Of a DNA stretch of 64,000 bases, positions 19,461 through 29,436 are shown piece by piece. Source of the stretch: Dehalococcoidia bacterium (GTDB taxonomy: Bacteria > Chloroflexota > Dehalococcoidia > Bin125); assembly GCA_963662615.2 (NCBI GenBank), contig CAXXSR010000001.1, positions 672,001 to 736,000 on the forward strand, given 5' to 3'. The translations under genes were made by a program, and so were the position numbers. Within the stretch, counting starts at the first letter, position 1. Each line of letters starts with the position of its first letter. The notes beneath the pieces were generated by a model. The model searched no databases. It saw only the letters and a list, made by a program, of their open reading frames with translations, and was not told the origin of the DNA.

Positions 19461-20858
19461 TCATTCCCGCTCCTCATGCACCACCCGACCGCCAAACACC
19501 GTCGCCACCACCCGCCCCGTCAGCTCCATCCCCGCCAACGGCGTGTTCTTCCCCTTCGACGCGAACGCGGTCGGATCGACCGTCCACACCGCCTCCGGAT
19601 CGACGATGGCCAAGTCGCCCGGTGCCCCCTCGCTCAAGCTGCCCAGCCCCGCCAGATCGCCCCGGTCCAGCCCCCATGCCCGCACCGGCCCGATCGTCAT
19701 TCGCTCGATCGCCGTCGCGAGTGTGAGCCGTCCCCGCGCCACCAGCGTCGCCAGCACGCCGAACGCCGTCTCCAGCCCGCTGATGCCGAAAGCGGCGCCG
19801 TCGAATTCGCAGCGCTTGTCCGGCTCGGCGTGCGGCGCGTGGTCCGTCGCCACCGCGTCAACGACTCCCGCCGCCAGCGCCGCCAGGCAGGCGTCTACGT
19901 CGGCAGCGGAGCGCAGGGGCGGATTCACCTTCGCGTTCGTGTCGTAGGCCAGCCTCTCTAGAGGAAGGGCCGCGCCGCCCTCCGCTTGTCCTGAACCTGT
20001 CCCGAGCTTGTCGAGGGAGCCTGTCGAAGGATTCCACCCAGCGACGGCCGCCTCGGTCAGGAAGAGGTGGTGGGGCGTCACCTCCGCCGTCACGGCCAGG
20101 CCGCTCGCTTTCGCCGCCGCGATGGCGGCACACGCTTCCGCCGTGCTCACGTGGCACAGATGCAGCCGCGCGCCCGTCAGCGCCGCCAGGCGAAGATCGC
20201 GCTCCACCATGGCGACCTCCGCCAGCGACGGCAGCCCCCGCAGCCCCAGCCGTGTCGACACCGGGCCTTCGTGCATCACGCCGCCCGCGGCCAGCGCCGG
20301 CTCCTCGGGGTGCTCGGCCAGCGGCAGCCCCAGGTCGGCGGCGTACTCGAACGCCCGCCGCGCCAGGGCGCCGTCGGCAACGCCGTCGCCATCGTCGCTG
20401 AACCCCACGACGCCGGCGGCGCGAAGGTCGTCCAGCTCCGCCAGCTCCCTCCCGGCTCGGCCCTTCGTGATCGCGCCGATCGGCAGAACGCGCGCGCACG
20501 CGTCACGAGCGCCGTTCAGAACCTGTGCCACGACCGCGGCCGTGTCCATCGGCGGCTGCGTGTTCGGCATGGCGCAGACGGTCGTGAAGCCGCCCCGCCC
20601 GGCGGCCGCCGTCCCCGTCGCGATGGTCTCCTTGTGCTCCTCGCCCGGTTCGCGCAGATGGGTATGCAGGTCCACGAAGCCCGGCGTCACCACCAGGCCG
20701 CTCGCGTCGAGACGCGGCGCCTCGGCGCTGAGGTCCGCGGCGACTGCGGCGATCCGACCGCCGTGGATGAGCACGTCCTGCACCCCGTCGATGCCGTTCG
20801 CCGGATCGATGACCCGGCCGCCCTTGACCAGCAGGTCCAACCCGCTCCCCGCGTTCAT
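19461..20858 (-). CDS. pyrC: Dihydroorotase
   Basis: DLHTHLREPG, MPNT, EVTPHHL, KVNPPLR, ATDHAPH, SKGKNTP. Confidence 0.96.
   Translation of the reverse strand: MNAGSGLDLLVKGGRVIDPANGIDGVQDVLIHGGRIAAVAADLSAEAPRLDASGLVVTPGFVDLHTHLREPGEEHKETIATGTAAAGRGGFTTVCAMPNTQPPMDTAAVVAQVLNGARDACARVLPIGAITKGRAGRELAELDDLRAAGVVGFSDDGDGVADGALARRAFEYAADLGLPLAEHPEEPALAAGGVMHEGPVSTRLGLRGLPSLAEVAMVERDLRLAALTGARLHLCHVSTAEACAAIAAAKASGLAVTAEVTPHHLFLTEAAVAGWNPSTGSLDKLGTGSGQAEGGAALPLERLAYDTNAKVNPPLRSAADVDACLAALAAGVVDAVATDHAPHAEPDKRCEFDGAAFGISGLETAFGVLATLVARGRLTLATAIERMTIGPVRAWGLDRGDLAGLGSLSEGAPGDLAIVDPEAVWTVDPTAFASKGKNTPLAGMELTGRVVATVFGGRVVHEERE
19984..20031. repeat. Nested micro-repeat, copy D, in frame inside pyrC
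   Basis: gcttgtcctga[acctgtcccgagcttgtcgaggga]gcctgtcgaagga = 24+24 bp, encodes PSTGSLDKLGTGSGQA. Confidence 0.88.
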
Positions 20859-21880
20859 GCCGCCTTCCTCGTCAGCAGGTAGAGCACGGCCATGCGCACG
20901 GCCACGCCGTTCTGCACCTGCCGCTCCACGTGGCTCCGCAGGCCGTGCGCCACCTCCCAGGCGATCTCCACACCCTCGTTCACGGGACCGGGGTGCAGCA
21001 CCACCGCGCCCTCGGCCGCGCGCGCCAGGCGGGCCGAAGTGATCTGATAGCGCTTCACGTACTCCCGCAGCGACGGCACGGCCGCGCCCCGCATCCGCTC
21101 GTGCTGCAGGCGCAGCGCCATCACCGCGTCCGCTCCCTCAATGGCGCGGTCCAGGTCGTCCGCCACCTTCACGGGCGGGAGGCCAAGCGGGTGCGACGTG
21201 TTGAGGCCCGCGGGCAGGAGCGTGCGCGGCGCCACCAGCGTCAGCTCCGCCCCCAGCGTCGTCAGCGCCCACAGGTTCGACCGCGCCACCCGCGAGTGCT
21301 TCACGTCGCCCACAATGCAGATACGTTTGCCCTCCAGCGACCCCAGCGCCGCACGCAGAGTGAAGGCGTCCAAGAGCGCTTGCGTGGGGTGGGCGTGGAG
21401 GCCGTCGCCGGCATTGACCACGTGGGCGGCGCTCAGGGTAGCCGCCAGGTACGGCGCCCCACTGGCCGGGTGCCGCATCACGATCACGTCCGCGCCGATC
21501 GCCTCGATCGTCCGCACGGTGTCGGCCAGCGACTCCCCCTTCCCGACGCTCGAATCCCCGCCGCTCACGTTGATCACGTCCGCCCCCAGCGCCTTCCCCG
21601 CCAGCTCGAACGAGGCGCGCGTGCGCGTGCTCGCTTCGTAGAAGAGATTGAACACCGTCACGCCGCGCAGGGCCGGCGTCCGCGGCACCTGGCGCTGCAG
21701 CACCTCCTGCATCGCCTCCGCCGTGTCCAGCACGTGCAGGATCTCGTCACGGCCAAACTCATCCACGTCGAGCAGGTGCTGCCGCCGCCATGGCGACCCG
21801 TCCGATTCCGGCACCGATGGCAGCGTCGCCGCTTCCGCTTCGGGAGCCGTTGCCGTTTCAGGCTTCGGTTTGGCGACCAC
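20855..21880 (-). CDS. pyrB: Aspartate carbamoyltransferase catalytic subunit
   Basis: [38 protein letters not shown]. Confidence 0.96.
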   Translation of the reverse strand: MVAKPKPETATAPEAEAATLPSVPESDGSPWRRQHLLDVDEFGRDEILHVLDTAEAMQEVLQRQVPRTPALRGVTVFNLFYEASTRTRASFELAGKALGADVINVSGGDSSVGKGESLADTVRTIEAIGADVIVMRHPASGAPYLAATLSAAHVVNAGDGLHAHPTQALLDAFTLRAALGSLEGKRICIVGDVKHSRVARSNLWALTTLGAELTLVAPRTLLPAGLNTSHPLGLPPVKVADDLDRAIEGADAVMALRLQHERMRGAAVPSLREYVKRYQITSARLARAAEGAVVLHPGPVNEGVEIAWEVAHGLRSHVERQVQNGVAVRMAVLYLLTRKAA

Positions 21881-22481
21881 GACCGTCTCCTCCCCGCTCC
21901 TCGTCGGCGGCGCCGGCGGCGCTGCCCGGGCCGCGCACCACGACTTCGTCCACTCCGTCTGTCTCCACCAGGCGCACGGACACGTCGTCGTCACGCCCCG
22001 TGGGGACGTTCTTGCCCACGTAGTCCGGTCGGATGGGCAGCTCGCGGTGCCCGCGGTCCACCAGCACGGCCAGCTCAATCGCCGCCGGGCGGCCGTAATC
22101 CGTCAACGCGTCCAGCGCCGCGCGAATCGAGCGGCCGGTGAAGAGCACGTCGTCCACAATGACGACCACTCGGTCATCGATGGTGGAGGGCAGGTCGCTG
22201 GGCTGCAGCCTCGGGCCGATCCCCTGCAGCGACAGGTCGTCGCGGTGCAGTCCAATATCCAAGGCCCCCGTCTCCACCGGCGTTCCCTCGAACTCCGTGA
22301 TGGCCCCGGCGATCCGCTCCGCCAGCGGCACACCCCGCGTCCGCATGCCCACCAGCACGAGCTGCGCCGGATCGGGATGACGCTCCATGACCTCATGGGC
22401 GACGCGCACCAGCGCCCGCCGCATCCCCTCCGCGCCCAGCACCAGCGCTTCGGCCCGGCGCGATTCTGGTGACGCCGTCAT
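21858..22481 (-). CDS. pyrR: Pyrimidine operon regulator / UPRTase
   Basis: [36 protein letters not shown]. Confidence 0.96.
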   Translation of the reverse strand: MTASPESRRAEALVLGAEGMRRALVRVAHEVMERHPDPAQLVLVGMRTRGVPLAERIAGAITEFEGTPVETGALDIGLHRDDLSLQGIGPRLQPSDLPSTIDDRVVVIVDDVLFTGRSIRAALDALTDYGRPAAIELAVLVDRGHRELPIRPDYVGKNVPTGRDDDVSVRLVETDGVDEVVVRGPGSAAGAADEERGGDGRGRQTEA

Positions 22482-22549
22482 GCCACGCTCCAGCGGCGAT
22501 GTCTAAACGGCACGACGGCAGATGGGGTGATCGACACAGGGGGCACGCC

Positions 22550-22590
22550 CTTGTCCTTTCCGGCCTCGCGGGACCGGTTTAAAGTCCAAG
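22550..22590 (-). promoter_or_regulatory. PyrR-binding RNA leader (attenuator)
   Basis: Reverse complement CTTTAAACCGGTCCCGCGAGGCCGGAAAGG matches the PyrR binding loop; directly upstream of pyrR. Confidence 0.85.
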
Positions 22591-22758
22591 CAGTCGGTGC
22601 TGTCCGCAGCCTAGCACGCCGCCTCGCTCGGACGGCGACCGCTTCTGTCACTGGCCGCACTCTCCGCGGCCGCCTCGCGACGATCCCCGCTTCGATTTGA
22701 GCTGCGGCGATCGCACTTCCTACACTGCAGGGGCGCTGCGCCGTCCCTGGGGCGCGCG

Positions 22759-22842
22759 CCAGCGACAGCGATGAGACGACGGCGAAGAAACGACGGCGAA
22801 GAGACGACAGTGAAGGGGCCACAGTGAAGGGGCCACAGTGAA
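22759..22842. repeat. 14-bp drifting tandem repeat (6 units)
   Basis: ccagcgacagcgat/gagacgacggcgaa/gaaacgacggcgaa/gagacgacagtgaa/ggggccacagtgaa/ggggccacagtgaa. Confidence 0.75.
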
Positions 22843-23563
22843 GAGGAGAGCGGCCGGGCTGCTCACGGCGCCCACTGGAGCCCGGCTCTGGACCCGCGTG
22901 CTGCTCCCGGTCGCGCTCGCCATCGTGCTGCCGCTGGCCGCCTGCTCCGACGACGACGATGACGCCGCCGCCGCCGACGCCGCCGACTCCGCCACCCCCA
23001 CAGCCATTGTCGCGCCCGCGGCGCTCACCACGATCGTCGCCCCGCCGCCGCCCGACATCGTCCCGCAAGATGCGGCGGAAGCGTCGCGCGCTTTCCAGAA
23101 CGACCCCGATCTGGAACCGTTCCTCGAGCACGACGCGCTGGCCCTGCCCGACCGCTTCCAGCTCGTGGCGCGCGAGGACCTGGAGCCGATCCTCGCGCTG
23201 GGCCTCGTCTCCGGCGCGGCCCGCGTCACCTTCAGCAGCGGCATTACCAACGAGCTGCTGCTCGTTGACCTACTGCGGCTGGAAGACGGCCTGGACGGCG
23301 GCGCCTTCTTCGATGACTTCGCCGACGCGGTTGCAGACGACAGCGCCTTTGGCCGTATCCGCTCGCTGGGCATCCCCCGCGGGATCGGCGAGCGCGCCCG
23401 CCATTACACCTTCAGCGTGGACGACGATGAGGCAGACGCGGCCGTGCTCCTCCGCGAAGGGGTGATCGCCTTCGTCAAGTACCGCCGCCCGCCCTACCTG
23501 CGCCAGCCCGTGGACGTCGCCGCTCTCTTGCAGACGCTGGACGCGGCGCTCCAGAGCGGCTGA
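22838..23563 (+). CDS. Putative lipoprotein
   Basis: Hydrophobic stretch ending LAAC then acidic linker; start uncertain. Confidence 0.65.
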   Translation: MKRRAAGLLTAPTGARLWTRVLLPVALAIVLPLAACSDDDDDAAAADAADSATPTAIVAPAALTTIVAPPPPDIVPQDAAEASRAFQNDPDLEPFLEHDALALPDRFQLVAREDLEPILALGLVSGAARVTFSSGITNELLLVDLLRLEDGLDGGAFFDDFADAVADDSAFGRIRSLGIPRGIGERARHYTFSVDDDEADAAVLLREGVIAFVKYRRPPYLRQPVDVAALLQTLDAALQSG

Positions 23564-23595
23564 GCACGGCTGAGCACGGCTGGCGCGGCCGGCGC

Positions 23596-23799
23596 TCACT
23601 CCGCCGCTTTGTCCCCGCCTTCCTGCATCTCCGGCGGCAGCAGGTTGGGAATGCCGTCCTCGATCGGGTACTTGAAATCGATCGATCGGGAGTACAGCGC
23701 GCCACGGACGATCTCGTCCCCGTCTTCTTCCTCCACAATGAGTTCAAGTGGTTCCTTCGTGACGGGGCAGACGAGGATCTCCAGCAGATCGCGATGCAT
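23596..23799 (-). CDS. Trm112 / UPF0434 family protein
   Basis: LLEILVCPVTKEPL...YPIEDGIPNLL; AAGGAG RBS. Confidence 0.9.
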   Translation of the reverse strand: MHRDLLEILVCPVTKEPLELIVEEEDGDEIVRGALYSRSIDFKYPIEDGIPNLLPPEMQEGGDKAAE

Positions 23800-23995
23800 C
23801 AACGGCTCCTTCCAACAGCGCCTCCTGTAAGGGTAGCAACTGCCACGCCCGCCGCCAGGACCGCCTCGCTGCCTCGCTTGACAGGAGCGCGCAGCGCCGG
23901 TGATCATGCGCGGCGTCACGGGATCGCGGGCGGAGCCGGTCGCAAGGCCGGCTCCATCGCACTGGACGCGGCCGCCCCGGGCTGAGGTGAGTCGA

Positions 23996-24208
23996 ATGGC
24001 CGAAGTGCGAGCGCCCATGGCCGGCACCGTCCTGGAGGTCCTCGTTGCCGTCGGCGACACCGTCAGCGGCGGCGACGAACTCCTCATCCTCGAATCCATG
24101 AAGATGGAGATCCCCGTGGAAGCGCCCGCGCCCGGCTCCGTCGCCTCCCTCGCCGTGACGCCGGGCCAGCCCGTTCAGGAGGGCGATCTCCTCCTCACCA
24201 TTGAATGA
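23996..24208 (+). CDS. Biotin carboxyl carrier protein (stand-alone)
   Basis: APMAGTV...LESMKMEIPVEAP biotinylation motif. Confidence 0.9.
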   Translation: MAEVRAPMAGTVLEVLVAVGDTVSGGDELLILESMKMEIPVEAPAPGSVASLAVTPGQPVQEGDLLLTIE

Positions 24209-25548
24209 CCGGCATGTTTCAGCGTGTCTGCATTGCCAACCGCGGCGAGATCGCCGTCCGAGTCATGCGGACCTGCCGCACCCTCGGCATCGCCACCCAC
24301 GCCCTCTACTCCGACGCTGACGCCGGCGCCCTGCACGTGCGCTCGGCTGACGGCGCCACGCGCATCGGCGCCGCCCCTGTGGCGGAGTCCTACCTCAACG
24401 CCGAAGCGGTTCTCGACGCCGCCGTCGCCGCCCGCTGCGACGCCGTCCACCCGGGCTACGGCCTCCTCTCGGAGAACCCCGCCTTCGCCCGTGCCTGTGC
24501 CCAGCGCGGCCTCACCTTCATTGGCCCTGATCCCCTGCACATTGAGCAGATGGGCGACAAAGATCGGGCCCGCGCCCTCATGCGCGCTCTCGGCATCCGC
24601 CCGATCCCCGGCTCCGCCGCCATTCTCCCTGACGACGACGTCGACGGGATCGCCGCTCAGGTGGGCTACCCCCTGATCGTCAAGGCCAGCCGCGGCGGCG
24701 GCGGCATCGGTATGGCCGTCGCGCGGGAGCCCGACCAGCTCGCACGCGCGCTCCGGCGCGCCCGCTCTACCGCTTCCCGTGCCTTCGGATCGCAGGAGAT
24801 CTACCTGGAGCGGCAGATCCTCGGCGCGCACCACGTGGAGGTGCAGCTGCTCGGCGACGGCGAAGGCGCCGCTCTCCACCTGGGCGAACGCGAGTGCTCC
24901 GTGCAGCGACGCCACCAGAAGGTGATTGAGGAGACGCCCGCGCCCAGCATCTCCGCCTCCCTCCGCCGCGACCTCCTCAACCGCGCCGTCGCCGCCATGG
25001 AGCAGATCCGCTACCGCAACGCCGGCACTGTCGAATGCCTGGTCACGCCGGAGGACGTCTTCTACTTCTTGGAGATGAACACGCGCTTACAGGTGGAGCA
25101 TCCCGTCACGGAGATGGTGACCGGCCTCGATCTCGTCGCATGGCAACTCCGCCTCGCCGCCGGCGAGCCGCTCCGCCTGCCGCCCCACGCCGCCACGCCG
25201 AACGGCCATGCCATTGAGGCGCGCATCTACGCCGAGCACCCGCAGACGCTCCTGCCCGCGCCCGGCCGCGCCGGCGACGTCCGTTTCCCCAGCGGCGACG
25301 GGATCCGTGTTGACGCCGCCATCGAAAGCGGCGACGAGGTCTCGCCCTACTACGACCCCCTCATCGCCAAGCTCGTTGTCTGGGGCGGGGACCGCGACAC
25401 CGCCGTGCAGCGCCTGACTGAGGCCCTCGCCGCTGTCGAGATCGACGGTGTGACGCACAACCTGCCGCTGCTACAGCGCATCGTCGCGGCTCCCGCCTTC
25501 GTTGCCGGCAACTATGACGTGTACTTTCTGGAATCGCTGCTCGGCTAG
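24205..25548 (+). CDS. Biotin carboxylase
   Basis: IANRGEIA, HPGYGLLSEN, GGGGIGM, ERECSVQRRHQK, EMNTRLQVEH. Confidence 0.93.
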   Translation: MTGMFQRVCIANRGEIAVRVMRTCRTLGIATHALYSDADAGALHVRSADGATRIGAAPVAESYLNAEAVLDAAVAARCDAVHPGYGLLSENPAFARACAQRGLTFIGPDPLHIEQMGDKDRARALMRALGIRPIPGSAAILPDDDVDGIAAQVGYPLIVKASRGGGGIGMAVAREPDQLARALRRARSTASRAFGSQEIYLERQILGAHHVEVQLLGDGEGAALHLGERECSVQRRHQKVIEETPAPSISASLRRDLLNRAVAAMEQIRYRNAGTVECLVTPEDVFYFLEMNTRLQVEHPVTEMVTGLDLVAWQLRLAAGEPLRLPPHAATPNGHAIEARIYAEHPQTLLPAPGRAGDVRFPSGDGIRVDAAIESGDEVSPYYDPLIAKLVVWGGDRDTAVQRLTEALAAVEIDGVTHNLPLLQRIVAAPAFVAGNYDVYFLESLLG

Positions 25549-25707
25549 GCCGGTCGGGCCATTACGCTTGCCGAAAGCGCGGCCCCGGCGGAAGATGACG
25601 CCGAGAGCGCCGCATGGCCGAAGGGAAGTTGCCTCGGTGGAGAGCGCCGTCTTGCCTCCCATCGCACCGCGACCACATGGCGGCTCCGTGCCACGGACGC
25701 CGCCTCC

Positions 25708-26409
25708 ATGAAGCGCTCTCAGAATCCCACGATCCTCATCGTTGATGACGAGCCTCGCATCCGTCGCTTCGTTCGCCTCGCCTTGGAGCGCAGTGGCTGG
25801 TCGGCCCTTGAAGCCGGCACCGGCGCCGACGCGGTGGCGATGATCCGCGACCTCCATCCCGACTGCGTCCTCCTTGACATCGTCCTTCCCGACATCGACG
25901 GCTTCGAAGTGATCCGCACTGTCCGCAAATTCTCGGACACGCCCATCCTCATGCTCACCGCCCGCGACGGGGAGGACGACCGCATCCGCGGGCTCGACCT
26001 CGGCGCCGACGACTACATCGTCAAGCCCTTCGGAGTGTGTGAGCTGCTGGCGAGGGTGCGCGCCAACCTCCGCCGCGCCGCTGCTCGCCCGGCGCTGCCG
26101 GAGGCCATCACGCACGACGCCTTGACGGTGGACTTCGCCATGCGCCGCGCCCTCCTGGACGGAGTGCCCATCCCCCTCACCCCCATTGAATTTGAGTTGC
26201 TGGCGGAACTGGCCCAGAGCCCCGGGCAGGTGATCTTTCCCGCTGACCTGCTCCGCGCCGTCTGGGGCCCTGCCTACGTCGATGACGTGGGCCTCCTCCG
26301 CACCGCCGTCTGGCGCCTTCGCCGCAAGCTGGAGCCCAACGCCCAGTCGCCTGCCTACGTCGTCACGGTCCCCCGTGTTGGCTACACCTTCGCCCCCGGC
26401 GATCACTGA
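25708..26409 (+). CDS. OmpR/KdpE-family response regulator
   Basis: IVDDE, LLDIVLPDIDG, GADDYIVKPF, winged-helix TVPRVGY. Confidence 0.92.
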   Translation: MKRSQNPTILIVDDEPRIRRFVRLALERSGWSALEAGTGADAVAMIRDLHPDCVLLDIVLPDIDGFEVIRTVRKFSDTPILMLTARDGEDDRIRGLDLGADDYIVKPFGVCELLARVRANLRRAAARPALPEAITHDALTVDFAMRRALLDGVPIPLTPIEFELLAELAQSPGQVIFPADLLRAVWGPAYVDDVGLLRTAVWRLRRKLEPNAQSPAYVVTVPRVGYTFAPGDH

Positions 26410-26530
26410 CCGGCTCCGGGCCCGCCCCTGGCTGCTCCTCCCCCCGCAAGGGCAGATGCGGACGGTCGCTTGTGATCGGATCGTGATCTTCCCGCGCCGC
26501 CATGAGATGCCCCGGTGATGCAGCGGCACC

Positions 26531-26571
26531 TACGATCGTCGTAGTGCGAAGTACGATCTTCGTAGTGCAAA
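26531..26571. promoter_or_regulatory. Tandem palindromic operator candidate
   Basis: tacgatcgtcgtagtgcgaag / tacgatcttcgtagtgcaaa; each TACGA-N3-TCGTA, 21-bp period. Confidence 0.6.
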
Positions 26572-26622
26572 TTGGTGGGTCGGGTACAACTTTTGGGCCG
26601 CCGTCCCTAGGGAAAAACTGAA

Positions 26623-27297
26623 ATGACCACAGCAGTTGACGAACTCAAAGTCTTGGTCGTAGACGATCACGGACTCCTGCGCAGCGTCATGACCATGGCA
26701 CTCGAATCGCTGGACGGCATACGCGTAGTGGGCCAGGCCGAAAACGGCCGTGCCGGCGTTGAGGCAACGCTGGAGCATCAGCCGGACTTGGTTCTCATGG
26801 ACATCCTCATGCCGCTCCTGGACGGCTTGGAGGCCACCCGCCGCATCAAGCGAGAGTCGCCCGCCTGCAAGATCCTCGTGCTCACCGGCGTGGTCGGTTC
26901 CGACGCCGTGCTGGATGTCCTCCGCGCCGGCGCCAGCGGGCTGGTCCCCAAGACGGCGGAGCTCAGCGAAGTGGAGACCGCCATTCGCGTCGTCGGCCGC
27001 GGTGAGATCTACGTCAGCCCGCAGCTCGCTGGGCCGGTGCTGGCGACCATGGCCTCCCGCCCCGCCGACGATGTCAACGCCGGCCTCTTTGCCCTCCTCA
27101 GCGGACGCGAGCGGGAGGTCATTCAGCTCATTGGGGAGGGGCATAGTACGCAGGAGATCGCCAGCGGTCTCTACATCAGTCCCAAGACCGGCGCGCAGCA
27201 CAAAGCGAACATGGTCAAGAAACTCAGCTTGAAGAGCACGCGCGACTTGCAGATCCTGGCGGCCCGGCGCATCGTGGCGCGGCAGGCCGTCGTCTAG
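26623..27297 (+). CDS. NarL/LuxR-family response regulator
   Basis: VVDDH, LMDILMP..DG, LSGREREV..GHSTQEIA HTH. Confidence 0.92.
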   Translation: MTTAVDELKVLVVDDHGLLRSVMTMALESLDGIRVVGQAENGRAGVEATLEHQPDLVLMDILMPLLDGLEATRRIKRESPACKILVLTGVVGSDAVLDVLRAGASGLVPKTAELSEVETAIRVVGRGEIYVSPQLAGPVLATMASRPADDVNAGLFALLSGREREVIQLIGEGHSTQEIASGLYISPKTGAQHKANMVKKLSLKSTRDLQILAARRIVARQAVV

Positions 27298-27345
27298 GCG
27301 CCGCAGCGGACCCCCCGCCGGACTCCACCGCCGGAGCGTTGCCGC

Positions 27346-28350
27346 CTAGCCCTGGACAAGCGTTCCCAGCACGCGCTCCGTTTCCTCCAGCGACCCCGGC
27401 GGCAGCGTCAGGATGGGGAGATCGACGCCGCGCTCGAAGAGCGTGTCCAGTCCTTGGCGCACGTCATCCAGGGTCCCCGCCAGCGTGGTGTCGTCCAGCA
27501 TTCGCTCGGGGATGGCGGCGCCGGCGGCGGTCGCATCGCGCTGCGCCCAACCGGCCCGGCACGCTTCTACCTCCGTGGCATAGCCGTTGCGCGACAGCAT
27601 CTGCGCGTAGAACGTCCCCATGCGGCCAATGTAGAAAGAGAGCGCCTCGCGTGCCTGCGCCCGCGCCGACACGGCGTCGTCCCCAATCGTCATCGCGATG
27701 GCCGGCGCGAACGCAATCTCCTCCCGCGCCCGCCCGGCCTCTTGCGCCCCCTGCGCAAGCAGCGCCAGGCCCTCGCCGTATCGGGACGCGGGCCAGTAGT
27801 AGGGCATCCACCCGTCCGCCTGTTCGCCCGTCTGCGCCACCGCGCGCGGCGCCAATGACGCCAGATAGATCGGGATATGCTCGCGCACCCGTTCAATCTC
27901 GAACCGGAAGCCGAGGTCCAGCTTGAAGATCTCGCCCTCGTAGACCACACGCTCGCCCGACAGGATCAGGCGGATTACCTCCACGTACTCGCGCAGGCGT
28001 TGCAGCGGCCGCGCAAACGGTTCACCGTGCCAGTGCTCCACCACCCGGGCGCCGGACCCGCCCAGCCCCAGCGTCATGCGCCCGCCGCTCAGCTCGTCCA
28101 GGCTGGCGATGGTCATCGCCAGCACCGCCGGCGACCGGCCGTACACAGGCGCAATGCCCGTCCCCAGCCCGATCCGCTGCGTCTCCAGGGCCAGCTCCGT
28201 CAGGAAGGTGAACTGGTCCCGCCCCCACCGCTCCGCCGTGAACGCCGCCGCGACGCCCACCTCCTCGGCCACCTTGACCTTGCCGATCACCTCGCCGCGC
28301 TCCTCGCGCGACCGCGGCGGTTGGACGGAGATCCCGATCCGGCGTGGCAT
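27346..28350 (-). CDS. LLM-class flavin/F420-dependent oxidoreductase
   Basis: AERWGRD, LGTGI...RSPAVLAM..SLDELSGGR..LGLG. Confidence 0.88.
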   Translation of the reverse strand: MPRRIGISVQPPRSREERGEVIGKVKVAEEVGVAAAFTAERWGRDQFTFLTELALETQRIGLGTGIAPVYGRSPAVLAMTIASLDELSGGRMTLGLGGSGARVVEHWHGEPFARPLQRLREYVEVIRLILSGERVVYEGEIFKLDLGFRFEIERVREHIPIYLASLAPRAVAQTGEQADGWMPYYWPASRYGEGLALLAQGAQEAGRAREEIAFAPAIAMTIGDDAVSARAQAREALSFYIGRMGTFYAQMLSRNGYATEVEACRAGWAQRDATAAGAAIPERMLDDTTLAGTLDDVRQGLDTLFERGVDLPILTLPPGSLEETERVLGTLVQG

Positions 28351-28666
28351 CGTGCCCTCGATTCTCCCTCGCAACGGCTGCCCCCAGCTGCACCGCCGTC
28401 GCGGCGCCACCATGGGGGCGCGGCTGCGGTCGCCACCGCGCTCGGCGCGGAACGCTCCGCCGACAATGAGAGACGGGAGGGTACGAGAATAGCGCACGCC
28501 GTTCCCGGCGCAGCTGCTCCAGGCAACTTGCTCTCGCGGGCCGGCTGGGGGGAAACGAGGGGGCGCTCCCGCGCCGGAAGGCGCTGCGATCGGCACGCGA
28601 TGGGTGAAGAGGCGGGGGCTGCGTCGCTCGCCGGGAGGCGGCCCGTCCGCAGGAAGGGGGCGCCGC

Positions 28667-29194
28667 TCAGGCGGCCAGCACCGTGTCCTCCAGATCTCCG
28701 GCGGCAATGCCGCCCAGCAGGCTCTCCATGTTGATCAGGATGATCAGCTTTTCGGGCAGGTTGACAATGCCGCGCAGCTCCGACGTCATCGAGGCGGCGG
28801 CCAGATTGCTCACCGGCTCAATCGACTTCTCCGGCACCGTGATCACTTCCGTGACGCCGTCCACCACCAGCCCCACTGTGTGCTGCCGCACGTCCACCAC
28901 GACAATGCGCGTCTCTTCCGACTGCTCCGACGCTTCCACGCCGAAGCGCTTGCGCAAGTCCACCACCGGAATCACCGATCCGCGCAGGTTGATGATCCCC
29001 TCCACGAAGGCGGGCGCCTGCGGAACCTCCGTGATGTTCTGCATGCGGATGATCTCGCGGACATGGGTGATGTCAATGCCGTAGTCCTCGCTGGCCAGAC
29101 GCATCACCACCAGCTGCTCGGTCGCGGACTCGTCTCCCTGCTGACCTACATCGACAGTCTCGCCGCTCGCGGTGGCCGTGGTTTCGTCTGCCAT
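28667..29194 (-). CDS. cheW: Chemotaxis coupling protein CheW
   Basis: YGIDI..VREII, VPQAP.FVEGIINLRG.VIPVVDLRKRF, GLVVDGV. Confidence 0.93.
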   Translation of the reverse strand: MADETTATASGETVDVGQQGDESATEQLVVMRLASEDYGIDITHVREIIRMQNITEVPQAPAFVEGIINLRGSVIPVVDLRKRFGVEASEQSEETRIVVVDVRQHTVGLVVDGVTEVITVPEKSIEPVSNLAAASMTSELRGIVNLPEKLIILINMESLLGGIAAGDLEDTVLAA

Positions 29195-29436
29195 TGCTCT
29201 TCTCCTGCTGACGCCGCTCTGCTCGCAGGGATCTGGACTGGAGCGAAAACACCGCCGCGAGCGATTCGCGCAGCCCCTCCATCATGCCGCGCGCGCCTGT
29301 TGCCGCCCATCAGCGATTTCCCCCATCAATCCGCAGCAGGGAGTTCAGTGCGGTCTGGGAATCGGCCCAGCCAAATGAGGGATTTGGCTCAGGCGGCGCC
29401 GCCCCCCGCCCCCCCGTCTCCACCATCGGCGCGCTT

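Noticed and set aside
19406-19495. Micro-repeat translated in the CarA N-terminus (SFDGLRTNG)
   Set aside because: GAGGAGG plus TTG at 19405 is the better start, leaving the hairpin intergenic.
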